Positions 53,075 through 64,000 of a stretch of 64,000 bases of DNA are shown here, in pieces. The stretch spans positions 63,614,001 to 63,678,000 of the forward strand of contig NC_045697.1 of NCBI RefSeq assembly GCF_009834535.1. Direction: 5' to 3'. The notes beneath the pieces were generated by a model, which did no database searches, was not told where the DNA came from, and saw only the letters and a list, made by a program, of their open reading frames with translations. The translations under genes were made by a program, and so were the position numbers. Within the stretch, counting starts at the first letter, position 1; each line of letters begins with the position of its first letter. Source of the DNA: Camelus ferus (Eukaryota).

Positions 53075-53480
53075 TTGTATAAATATACAATGGAATAGTA
53101 CTCAGCCACAAAAGAGAATAAAATAATTTCATTTGCAGCAACATGGATGGACCTAGAGATTACCATACTAAGTGGGTAAGCCAGAAAGAGAAAGTAAGAT
53201 ACCATATGATATTACTTACAGGTGGAATCTGAAAAAAAGACACAAATGAGCTTATTTACAAAACAGAAATAGACTCACAGACATAGAAATATATAAAATA
53301 GATAAATAACAAAGTCTTACTGTATAGCACAGGGAACTATATTCAATATCATAATAGCTTATAATGCAGAAGAGTATTAAAAGGAATATATATGTATAAC
53401 TGAATCACTATGCTGTACACCAGAAATTAACACAGCGTTCGTTGTAAACTGACTATACTTCAATAGAAAAAACCACCTCA
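53075..53480 (+). mobile_element. LINE-1 3' end (internally deleted)
   Basis: ATACAATGGAATAGTACTCAGCC...ACTGACTATACTTCAATAGAAAAA. Confidence 0.9.
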
Positions 53481-53899
53481 AAGCATCAATTTAAAAAAAT
53501 ACATACAGTCTGATCATAGGTCTATTTATGTAGCCATGAAGAAGTTCTGTTCTATGGTTTCTTAAAATTCTAGGTCACTAAGAATTTAGGAATTTGATAA
53601 TACTTCATTGAAACATTTTAAAGAACCATTGTTACAGTGATTTGGTTCTCAATTTGGATGGGAAGAGGATGAAATAACTAGTTTCATTTAGAAAAGCCTC
53701 AGTACATAAAACATATAGAGCCATCAAATAATTGTGTTTTTCCTTGGGCACACTCATTTAAACCATAGTTTTAGTTACACATTAATATTTCTCACAATTC
53801 TTTCATCTGTTTCCTCACATCAGCCCTCTGTCATGCGCTTCAGCTTCCTTTTCTCAGTGCTTAGCATATCTTAAACTATACTCAGATTTCCCAAAACAA

Positions 53900-54730
53900 A
53901 ACTATACCTTCACTAGTATTTCCTTTTTAAATAAATTGTACCAGTCAAGCCAGAAAGCCATTGTTCATCCCACTTCTTCATTCTCTGCTGCAAATCAGTT
54001 ATCAAATCCTGTTGAATTTATCTCCAATATTCAGCTCATCGTCTTCTCTCACTTGCGCACCACTGGCCTCCTAAGTTATCACTATATCTTCAATCTCAAT
54101 GCCATTCTCCAGCATCTTCAGTTGAATTCGTCTTACTAAAACATAAATTTTGTGGGATTATTCCCTAGTTAAAATCTTTAATGACTTTCCATTACCCTTA
54201 GGATAAATAAGAATCTCCTTAACATGCTTATCAAGCCCTCCATGACCTGGCATCTGCCCACCTCTTTGGCTTCATTTTTTTGTCGTACTTCTAGAGTATG
54301 CTAAACTCTTTCTCTACTGATTTTTTTCTTTTTCTTTTTTTAAAGTTCAGTACTACAGTGTCTCAAATGTCTGAGCCTTTTCTTATGCTGCCCTCTCTTC
54401 TGCCTGGTACATTACCTCCCTAAGCCCTATCTTTGCCTGGACCGATACTTACCCTACAGTTGTAAATTTAAACATTACTTCCTTCAAGAGATCTCCTTGA
54501 TTTCTGAAACACTGTTAGATTCCCCACTTTCTGTTCTTACAGCATCCCACACTTCCCCTGTGTTTATGCTCACCTGTATTCTTGTGATAATGACTTTCAT
54601 TTGACATTTAATTGACTTTTCCCTCCTACTCTCCTCTGTGTGAGAGCACAGATCAAGTTTACCTCCTTCATCTTCATCAGATAGTGTAATGTCTGACACA
54701 GCCTCTCAATAAATGATTATTAATGTTACT
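53900..54730 (+). mobile_element. L2 3' remnant
   Basis: AAAATCTTTAATGACTTTCCATT...CCCTCCATGACCTGGC...TCTGACACAGCCTCTCAATAAATG. Confidence 0.65.
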
Positions 54731-57355
54731 AGAATGCTGTGAGTTCAAATATGATATGATCATGGATATTTTTATTTTTACTATTCAGAATTTCAGTTTA
54801 TCTCTCAATGCGCTATTTTTAAATACTTTTCAACATTTATTCCCATTTTTGGGGGGCAAGTTCTTTGCTTATGCCTCTATAAATATATTTATATGTAAAT
54901 TGATTTATAAAATATCTATTTTGGGCTGAGTTTCTCATTCAGAATGCTCCACATTGGCTACTTCCAAACTTCAAACTTAGTATTTACAGGTTTTATGTAA
55001 AACTATTCAGGATTTATTTTGTTAACTATTTAGTTTTCCATTACAAAAGGCATAGTGATGCTTTATTGAGTCTAAAACACAAACGATTTCAGCTTGCTTT
55101 ATAAGAGAATTCCTCATTAGAGATTGCCTTAGTGATTGCAAAATTTGATTAATAATCAAGAGCATAGAAAGGCAATATTATCAGCTTTGCGCTGGTTTTT
55201 GAATGTCCAGATGATGATTTAAAGAACAAATAAGGCAAACCTGTGCCTCCAGTCATGTTTAATCTTATGCACACCTAGAGTTTCTTTTTTATCATAAGCA
55301 CATTTGCATCTGTTGCCTACCAACAGAGAGGGCAATTAATAATGATGAATAATAATATTATGTAATTCACTCAGAAGAGGCAAATTACATGGATTTTAGA
55401 AGTAAATTACATGAAAATTCCCCCTGAAATGCCACAGGAGTCATTGAAAAATGAGATCCTTAGAGCACAGTACATGCCAGACTAGCTTTAGACAGCGTGA
55501 TGGTTTTGCCTGTAAGTAAATAAGTAAATCTTTGTCATCACATGTGGCTATTTCTTTAAGCTTCCTCTCTAATTATGGGTAACTGTGAACAAATGTGGTA
55601 TATTCACCTAAGAGCCTTCAAAGAAGAAATATATATAATTTCAAACTCATGATAGCTTTCAAAAATAGAAATTGCCACCAATTTTAATTGAAGTAAAATT
55701 TATCAGAACTACCATTAAGAGTGAAAAATATAAGGTACCCATAATCTCTTTGGGAAAAAAAAGGAATAAGAAAGTCAGGATTAAAACTTATCAGCAAGAT
55801 TTGCTTTGAAAATAAATTCTTAAGACATTGTCTTATTTGGAGTTCAAATTTAAATTTGTATATAAAATGAGAAGTAATATAACTACTTGATATCGTGAAT
55901 GTTGTTATAGATTCGCAAGTTGTCTGTACTTATTTCTTGAATGATATGTAGCCCTTTGATAACTATTCTCTAATTATCAATAAGTAACTTTAATAAACAT
56001 TTTATGACTCCTTAAAACATTAACAACACTTTATAAGACCAAGAAAACACAAGGAACTCTGGAGTTTGTACATATAACCAAATATGTTTGGTTTTAAATC
56101 ATGTCTATCTTACAGTTTGTCATTATAAAGAAGTACGGTAGTTACTTAGATTTTCTTTGTTTCTGTTTTGTCTTTTTTTCCCTACTTGGAAGCTAAGACT
56201 CAAGGACATTGAGCCTGATATAAATGTGATCTATTATATACAGTATCGTATGGAAAGCTTTAATCACTTGTGATTATCACTAACTTGAACTACTTGTTGC
56301 GTTCCTTTACATCTTTAAAAAATGGGATACTTTGAAGTTAATGTCTTAAGGAAATGTTCTCACAGGAAACATCTTTCCATTAACAGATTATGCCAATAAG
56401 AATAAGAAACAACTAACTGTTGAAATTAAATCCTTATATGAATAAGTGGAAAAATTGGCAAGACTGGCTTTTGAATTTATAAGGCAATTTTAAAAGTTCT
56501 CCCCAGTTGTTTTTACACAAATCTCTAGCTCTGTCTTTTTCTCTCTTTTCCTACCATTCTTCCTCAATGACTCTTAGGTCACTGTTAGAAGAGAAATTAC
56601 AGCATACACTGTGCCAATAACCTGAAAGCTACTTTCCATAAGATACTTTTAGCTTTTTATCACATGTACTATTTCCACAGATTATTTTTTATATAGATGC
56701 TATTAGAAATGACAGACTTTGAGTAAACTCTTAAGGTAATTATGTAAATCATAAACATTTCAAACTGATTTTTAGGCAATAAATCTAATAAAAATAATTT
56801 ACTAATTTACAATGACAATGTACATTTGCAGTCTAACTCTTCAGTGCACATACTTTTGTGAAAAGCAAGATGAGTCAAAGCATTATTACTCTTTTTATTC
56901 ATACATACATTTTTGTGTCTTTTTTTGCAGCTACTTTTGCACTAGAAACATTTTCTCATTTACTTTTAGCTTAATGAAGCTTAGGCTGAATACTTCAGGT
57001 ACTCAATGCTCATGTATTGACCATCTACTATGTCCCAGACCCTGTAAAAGACACAGGAACAGATGATCAATGTGTAGTAGGTCTCTTCTGAACCAGAACC
57101 CACAAATTCAACATTATGAGTCATCCAGAGTTGTGGGAGGAGTGACAATATTCTATAAGGAGAACTTCAAAGTTGACTGGCTTTTAAAGAACTGATGTGA
57201 GTGATCCATTTGGTTTCAGTTAATATGTGTGAGCACACACAAATACAGACAGAAATACAACATGTAGAGGTAAGGCATATTTCAAATGGTTATATTTTTC
57301 TATAGTATCTTGTAATCGTGAGTACTCTCAAATCAATATATTCAGTCATTTAAAC

Positions 57356-57650
57356 CAGTGCTTCTTGAGGAGTGATCCGCAAAAAGATTATTGCTGATAC
57401 AAAATAAGTGCAGAAATTTATAACAAAGTGTTTAAAATTTATAATAAATTTATAACGAAGTGTTTACAAACTTCTATAGTAAGTTACATCTGTTGAAACT
57501 TACAGAAAAAAAGGAAAGGCTTCCATTATATATATATAGTTATTGTATTTCTATATTTGATTTGTATTGTGTTTTCCTAAACATTGGTCTGTGACAGACT
57601 GAAAGGGGAAAAAAATTATTCTTTACCATAGATGATCTAAGAAGCTCTGA
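57356..57650. mobile_element. Probable hAT-Charlie-type MITE remnant
   Basis: Imperfect TIRs CAGTGCTTCT / AGAAGCTCTG; family not identified. Confidence 0.45.
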
Positions 57651-58884
57651 TTTATTTAAGTTGTAAATAAAGACTCTAATGAGAAACAAATATTTGTCTC
57701 TGGCTTATAAACTCTATGAACACCATAATCTTTTGTTTGATAACCCTTGTCAAAATTTGCACAAAGGGTTTTTTTTTAACTCTTAAATATTATATTGTTC
57801 GGTGGGATGAGATAATCAACCTTAATCACTCCTAGAAAGAAAATAAATGAGATACTAGACTGATTTCAATTCTGTTACCCCAAATAAGGCTAATATATCC
57901 AAATTATGTGAATTGTGCCTTCTATTTCTATTTCTGTTTAGAACATAATGCAAACCTGTAGACACTTAAAAATAGTATTGGTTAGTAATTCTTTTATCTA
58001 AATTACTACACAGTCATGTAAGAAAGCTCATGTTAAAAGAGCACATTGTATTTTTATTTTTCAGTGCAACATTTTACAAAGAAATCTGTCATGTTTAACA
58101 TATGTTTAAAAGTGATCAAAAATTAAGATGAAATGATACCATCTAGTTGTTAGAGCTTTATAAAAATGCCTTTGCAGAAGCATGTGCATTCTAAAGATCT
58201 TATAGCCTTGATCAAATAGACATATTTTTCAGAACATGTTTATCTTACATATTTGTATTTTATATGGTGTTCAGCCTGGGAATTAAAAAAATAGAAAGAA
58301 TAATAGTTTAAGAAACAGTATTCCTCTAGCTGTCCCTTAACTACTCTTAGGGAACTTACAGCTCTTTAAAGTCATCTTCTTATTTCTGAGAGTCTTCTGG
58401 GAAAATCTCATCTATGCTTAGAAATACATGTAGCATTTTTCATTTTTCTTTCTTTCATTCATGCTCCGTTTCTTCTCTGGCGTTTTGAGATAATGTTAGG
58501 TGCTGAGGCTTCAGAAACCCTGAAAAATCAGGAATTCTTGTTAAGGTGCACATCTGTTTCACTCTGGTTGCTGCCATTATTTTTGCTGCCACTGTGACTG
58601 GTGCCAGTAGGATGTCCTGTCAGTACTGGCTGAAGCTATTCTGTGGCAAAGCTGAGCCTCTCTGAAACTTCTCTCCTTTGCGAGAACTAGCACAGCTGTG
58701 TGAAGGACAGCAGGGTGCTCTGCAAACATGATTATTACAGCAGAAACAGTACTCTGAACTGAAAAAGAACATTGTTTTCTCTGAACTTTCTGGCATACTG
58801 TTGCTGCAATAGACCCTAAACTATACTTTACCCCTGGCAACTCATTGTTTGTATTAAATCAGTTCCTTCCCTTTTTAATTTAAC

Positions 58885-58896
58885 TGCGCATGCGTG
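58885..58896. promoter_or_regulatory. NRF1-like motif within a CpG-retaining unique segment
   Basis: TGCGCATGCGTG vs consensus TGCGCATGCGCA. Confidence 0.3.
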
Positions 58897-58948
58897 GGTG
58901 TGAGTGTGTTTGATTTTGATTTTTTGCCTGCTTATTTTTAATTCACAG

Positions 58949-59184
58949 CTGTTGGCTTTCTAGGAACACCGTGTAGGCTTACTGAGGATACGACTAAGGG
59001 AAGAGATACAAACAATCAGAGTAACAAACAGGACAGATTTCTTTGCGGGGGTGGGGTGGAGTGCAATTTAAATGTGCCAAGCTTCTGCTTTGACTTTCAG
59101 TGGTCTGCTTGTTACCCTCATGTAAATTGGCCCTGGACACAGTCTGCATCTTAGATTGTTCAAAGATTGGGCAGAATATGTTGT
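58949..59184 (+). other. Candidate 5' exon of an unidentified host gene (ends ATG TTG T|GTAAGT)
   Basis: Pyrimidine-rich acceptor ...TTCACAG (58948), donor GTAAGT at 59185, ATG with A at -3 at 59178; no transcript evidence. Confidence 0.3.
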
Positions 59185-60121
59185 GTAAGTAAGCATTTCT
59201 TAGAGCATTGTTTGCTAAACGGGGTGTGCACAAACCTTAAACTTGCGATGCATACATCTAAGGTTATAGGTCGTCATACGTTTTGCCATTGTTCTTTTTT
59301 TCTACTTCCCCGTCATTTTCTTTCTGTTGCACATGTCCATTGTTCAGGTGTCCTACAATGATTTCTTCTTACTGAAGAATGGTAAACTAAGCTGAAGTAT
59401 TTGGCCTCAATGAATTAAAAAAGGAGCTGAAATTGAAAATCATATTTTAAGTCACTTTTTGAAATTATCTTTACTATTTTCTAAGTGTCAGTGAATTTTC
59501 AACATTTCATGAAGCGATTTTCTTGCTGTCCTGATAATGTTCATGGTCTGAGGTTCATTATTGCCCTAAATTCACTTTGAAATATGTGATTAGAAACACT
59601 TTAAATCATGACGTTTCCAAATCCATGAGAGCATTTTTTTCCCTTTCTGATTAAAAAAAATGAAATCTTTGGTTTTACGTGCACGCAATAGTAGGTTTAA
59701 CCAATTTGATTATTCTTCAATTAAGCATCACTATGTACTGTTTTAGTCCTTATTCTGTAAGTATTTTCTGCGTTAATAGCTCAGTGTAAAGTTTTTAAAG
59801 AGCTATTAAGCAGATTTAAACACTATTGTTTAAAGGAAGAAACCATGTTTTTGCACCCCATTAGCTGAAAGGTGTTAATAAAAGGTATGGCTTAGGCAAT
59901 AAGAATGAAAACGGGAGGCATTCACTTTGCCAGGAGTGTCCAACGTTGGCTTGAAGCCACTGAGCAAATTATCATTTTGAATTAAATTTAAAATTTTGTA
60001 ATACTGTCAGTTTTTAAAGCAAAATTATTATTGAAAGATGATTTTCTCTTAGTGTTATCTACAGGAGTATTTAAACAACTGATAGTAGTAATCACCCATG
60101 CAAAGCTATGCTAAGATTAGA

Positions 60122-60306
60122 GGGGACTGCCAGATGAAACAGAGAATGCCTACAGTAAATTTGAATTTCAGATAAACAGTAGATAACTTTTTAGAGTGTG
60201 TCCCCAATGTGAATGAGACATTTATTCTAAAAAAAATGTATTACTTACCTGGAATTCAAACTTAACTGGATATCCTCTATTTCTACTTGCTAGACCCATA
60301 ACCTTG
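60122..60306. mobile_element. MER53 palindromic hAT MITE
   Basis: TGCCAGATGAAA...TAAATTTGAATTTCAGATAAACA...CTGGAATTCAAACTTAACTGGATATCCT, the MER53 pattern with internal inverted symmetry. Confidence 0.85.
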
Positions 60307-60558
60307 ACCTAGGAACCAAGGTAGACAATCACAAAAGTGATGACTAGTGGATCCAGTTACATAGCTTAGTTAATTCTTAATTCCTGTTTTCTTAATAAAG
60401 AAAGTTATCTCCAAAATACCATAATAGGTCATGCATATGCAGAAAACATGCATATTGAATTATTTTTTATTCTAATTATCAGTGGATCAGTAAAGACAGC
60501 ATACAAAAGACTCCTTTGAAGCTAACTGATGAAAGTAAAATGGCTTTTCTGGGGGTTT

Positions 60559-60652
60559 TATATATATATATATACACACACACACATATATATATATACA
60601 CATACATATATACACACATACATATATACACACATACATACATATATATATA
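60559..60652. repeat. Compound (TA)n/(CA)n microsatellite
   Basis: Alternating purine-pyrimidine tract read directly. Confidence 0.95.
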
Positions 60653-62314
60653 GTTTGAGGTCCCTTTCCTGCTCACAGCCCCCTTCTTTACCTTGAAGGT
60701 GGAATAAACTTATTTAGTAATGTTAATAGCATGTGAGTAGGAGAAAATTTTCTGTGGGGAGCAAAGCTGAGATTAAGCCCTGGCAGGAGTGGTTAACATA
60801 TATGTCAAAACTATTGAAAAACCAAAATTGTGGCAAAGCAGAAACAAAGGTATCATCAGTGTTGCTTGAATATCTTTTACATTATTCTGCTGAATATATC
60901 CTAATATTGTAAATTCTACTCATTCTAGTTAGAATATGAAGAAGGAAAAAAGAAGGGTGAGTAAAGGAAGCTATTTTATGTAACAATTGAGATGCAGGAC
61001 ACTATTGATTTATTAGAAGAAACCCTTTAATTGTAATTGTAGTAACTAACAAAGACATTTGACTTAGATGTTTGTATATCTACAATTTAATAATGATCTT
61101 ATGTTTTTGTGTTTAAATAATTATTTGCTATGTTTACCAGCATGGAGTGCTTTTCTTCTCCATTAATCAGAAATAAAGTATATTGGCTTTATACTTAGTA
61201 GTCCTTAAGGTGGTTACAGTATGGAGTTGATAAGATGGAACTGTAAGTTGTACACACAAGTGTTGCCTTTGAAATAATTGAGTTTAAGGAGGAAACTATT
61301 TGTGAGATCAGTACACTTTATTACTGGTGCAAAAATAATCAGAGGACATGTCCTAAAACCACTATACCAGGCATGATTTGCTAACAAAAAATAGAGTATA
61401 TTTATTATCTGCACACAATGATACATAATATTTACTGAGCATGTCAATAAATAACAGTTGGAACGAAAGGGAGCGTGAATATTAGCAATACAATCTTACT
61501 GAGTCACATAATCCTCCACTTATAAACAAAAGTAATCTACTTGTTTATTTGGTGCTTGTTAACAGTTTCCTGATTATTCATGTGTCCAAAAAAAATTAAT
61601 GCTTGAAGCCCTAAACCTGGTGAATAGAATAAGCATGGCTCCCCATGGATATGAAAAAATTACATTGTTGGCTTGAGGCAGATGCATCTATAACCAGAGG
61701 GAATGCTTTTGCATTCACATCACAATGGAGCAGAAACATCATTTAGAAGCTTTAATACATATTAATACTATGTTCAAGATAATTATAAGCTCCAGCAAAC
61801 AAAAAATAAAGATCCAGGAAAAGAATGAAGTTACTCAGTACTAGAAGCTCTACTAAAGACAGTCATAGTCATATGGTAATCCCATAATTAAGTTTAGTAT
61901 GTGAACTAGAATAAAATCCTATGTAAATGCACTAGAAATACATTCAAAACAAGATCAGGAAAAGGAATACAGAGTGATGCCCTTCACAGGGTAAAGCAAA
62001 CGAAAGGACCGTGACTCCACTAGTCATAGTTTTCCTATTTCTTCATTAAATGGATTCGTATTGGTGATCTCATGAAGTAATTATTAGCTTAGAATTTTCT
62101 TTGATCTATCTCACTAATTTTAGTATAATAGATGTTATAAAGGTTTTTTTACATAAATACATATGAAAGTGCTGAAGATATTTGTTAAGGAAATGATATA
62201 CCAGAGGCAAAAATGTTCTCCAAGAGACTTATAAACATTATTTTAAAGTAAGTAAATACTAGATACAGAGATAATTTACCTAGGTACTTTGAGAAACAAG
62301 GGGAAAGGGCTCTC

Positions 62315-62650
62315 TATTGAGTACTTACAACATGTGCTTGTATGTTCTAAGACCCTTGTAGCAATCATCTGAGTTTTTGCACCCATTTTCGAAACAGGTG
62401 TGTAGCCTTAAAAAGAATACATGACTCGTCCAAAGTCGCAGAACTTATCATGATAAAAGGCAGGCTTAGAACCTCCCAACCTACTACTTAATATTTGTAC
62501 AACTTATGTAAGATACTTGATCTGTTTGCCTCAGTTTCCTATTCTATAAAATAAAGATAATGACCTGTACAATGGGTTATTGTAATAAGTAAATCAATTA
62601 ATAAACATAAAGCACTTAGAACTGTAGTAGCACATATTAAACTCTATTTG
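62315..62650. mobile_element. Two MIR remnants in opposite orientation
   Basis: Minus piece (CCCATTTT...TGACTCGTCCAAAGTCGCA), then plus piece (GCCTCAGTTTCCTATTCTATAAAAT...AAAGCACTTAGAAC). Confidence 0.6.
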
Positions 62651-63110
62651 TATTTAAGTGTGCAGGTCTCTAGCTCCATGTTTGTTTCACTGCAGCATAG
62701 GAAAACTGGACATTTAATTTACTTGGCTAACAATGTGCAAACATTTATAGCACTAAGATAATATTGCTTTATATAGATGCATTCATTGCCTGCTTCAAGA
62801 TTGACTATATTCCTGCACTTAATATTTCTTGGCTATTAACTTCATCAATTGAAAAATAGTAAATACACAAATCATAACTTGTATATTAATTATCATATTG
62901 CTGCCTGGTTTTTTAAATGCTAAATATGTTAGTCAGTGTACTAAGCATCATGCAGGAGAACACACAGAAAATGACAAGTGGGTAATTAAGGTCTATGAAT
63001 TTTTAAAAAGCCAGAAAGCTACACTATTGATATATGAAGAGAATCCAAAGAAATAATTTCAAATAATAATCTCAATTCTAATTGAACATTTGGCAGTAAT
63101 GCAAATGCAC

Positions 63111-63262
63111 TGCACCTACTCCATCCAGTACAGGAGCCACCAGCCCTATACAGATCCTGAGTGCCTGAAACATGGATATTGTAACTGAGGGCCTGCATTT
63201 TGTATCTGGTTGTATTTTAACTTAAGTTGAAATAACTACCTGTGGCAGTTGGACAGCACAGC
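63111..63262. mobile_element. MER3-like hAT-Charlie MITE
   Basis: TCCAGTACAGGAGCCACCAGCC...TGAGTGCCTGAAACATGG...ACTGAGG...TTGGACAGCACAG followed by CTCTAGAC. Confidence 0.7.
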
Positions 63263-64000
63263 TCTAGACAAACGCAAGAGAGAGTCAATGCTGCTTGTGG
63301 GTTGAGAGAGCCGTGGAGGCAGGACTCATGAGGTGGGTCCCTGCTCATTCATTTCTGTAGGAAGGAAGTGATCTTCTGAGCCTAGGAAGGAAAAGGGGTT
63401 AGCAGGGCGGTAAACGAAAACCAAAGTAGGAGGAGTTTGCAGAAGTCTCAAACTAATAGTCCTTGATCCATACTGGGGATGAGAAAAAAGTTTCTAAAAT
63501 TTACATAAAAACCTCAACTTTCAGCTTCTTAAAAAAAAGAAATATATGGCGCAAATTAATTAACCTCTCCGAGGCATATTTTCTTCATCTGTGAAATGTA
63601 AAAGCTGGATGAAAAGACATCATTTCATCCTGAAAGTGTACTTTATGACTACTCATTATTCTGTTAGATGTTTCTGGTTTTATTCTATCTGCCTAGCACA
63701 GTTTTTTATAACAATTGTCTAATAACTCCCAGGTCACACCTTCTGTCCTCAGAAAGTTCAGTTGCAGACTATTGACTAGCCAGCCATCTCATAAATGTTT
63801 GTCTTTGCTTATGGGGAAAAGGAGTGTGTTTCTGCTCAGAAAAGTAAAGGTGCAGATTTCTCTCACTGTGGTTCATTATTGTAATCTTCATTTAGAGACA
63901 CTATACAAAATAAGTTGGACTATTACACATGACACTGCCTGGATGAGCTGACTTTGTCATAAAATATGTAATTAATTTTTCAAACAACTGTTTACAACCC

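Noticed and set aside
55470..55520. Donor-like CCT|GTAAGT at ~55512
   Set aside because: No matching acceptor or open frame found; hexamer matches are expected by chance
1..64000. A novel multi-gene system
   Set aside because: No intact genes, operon-like structure or non-mammalian insert (NUMT, viral ORF) could be supported from the sequence

Overview
AT-rich, CpG-depleted eutherian mammalian DNA, intronic or intergenic. The cetartiodactyl-type L1 3' ends and the absence of recognisable Alu, Bov-tA/BovB, CHR, PRE1 or Can-SINE copies suggest a camelid (inference). I find no intact protein-coding gene, RNA gene or CRISPR array. The ORFs in the track are L1 ORF2 remnants, other repeat-derived fragments or chance ORFs. 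The left two-thirds is a nested mosaic of L1, L2, CR1/L3, MIR, MaLR/ERVL/ERV1 LTRs and DNA-transposon fossils; the right third has fewer repeats. Most notable: (1) a Mutator-type (MULE) transposase fossil whose reading frame rejoins across a younger L1 with a 13-bp TSD; (2) a twin-priming inverted L1; (3) a solo ERV LTR with a perfect estrogen response element, nested in a MaLR internal region; (4) a candidate + strand promoter/5' exon near 58.6-59.3 kb; (5) an ~80-nt hairpin in unique sequence at 46.2 kb. I found no evidence of a new multi-gene system. Family names were recognised by eye without a database, and boundaries are approximate unless a TSD is given.
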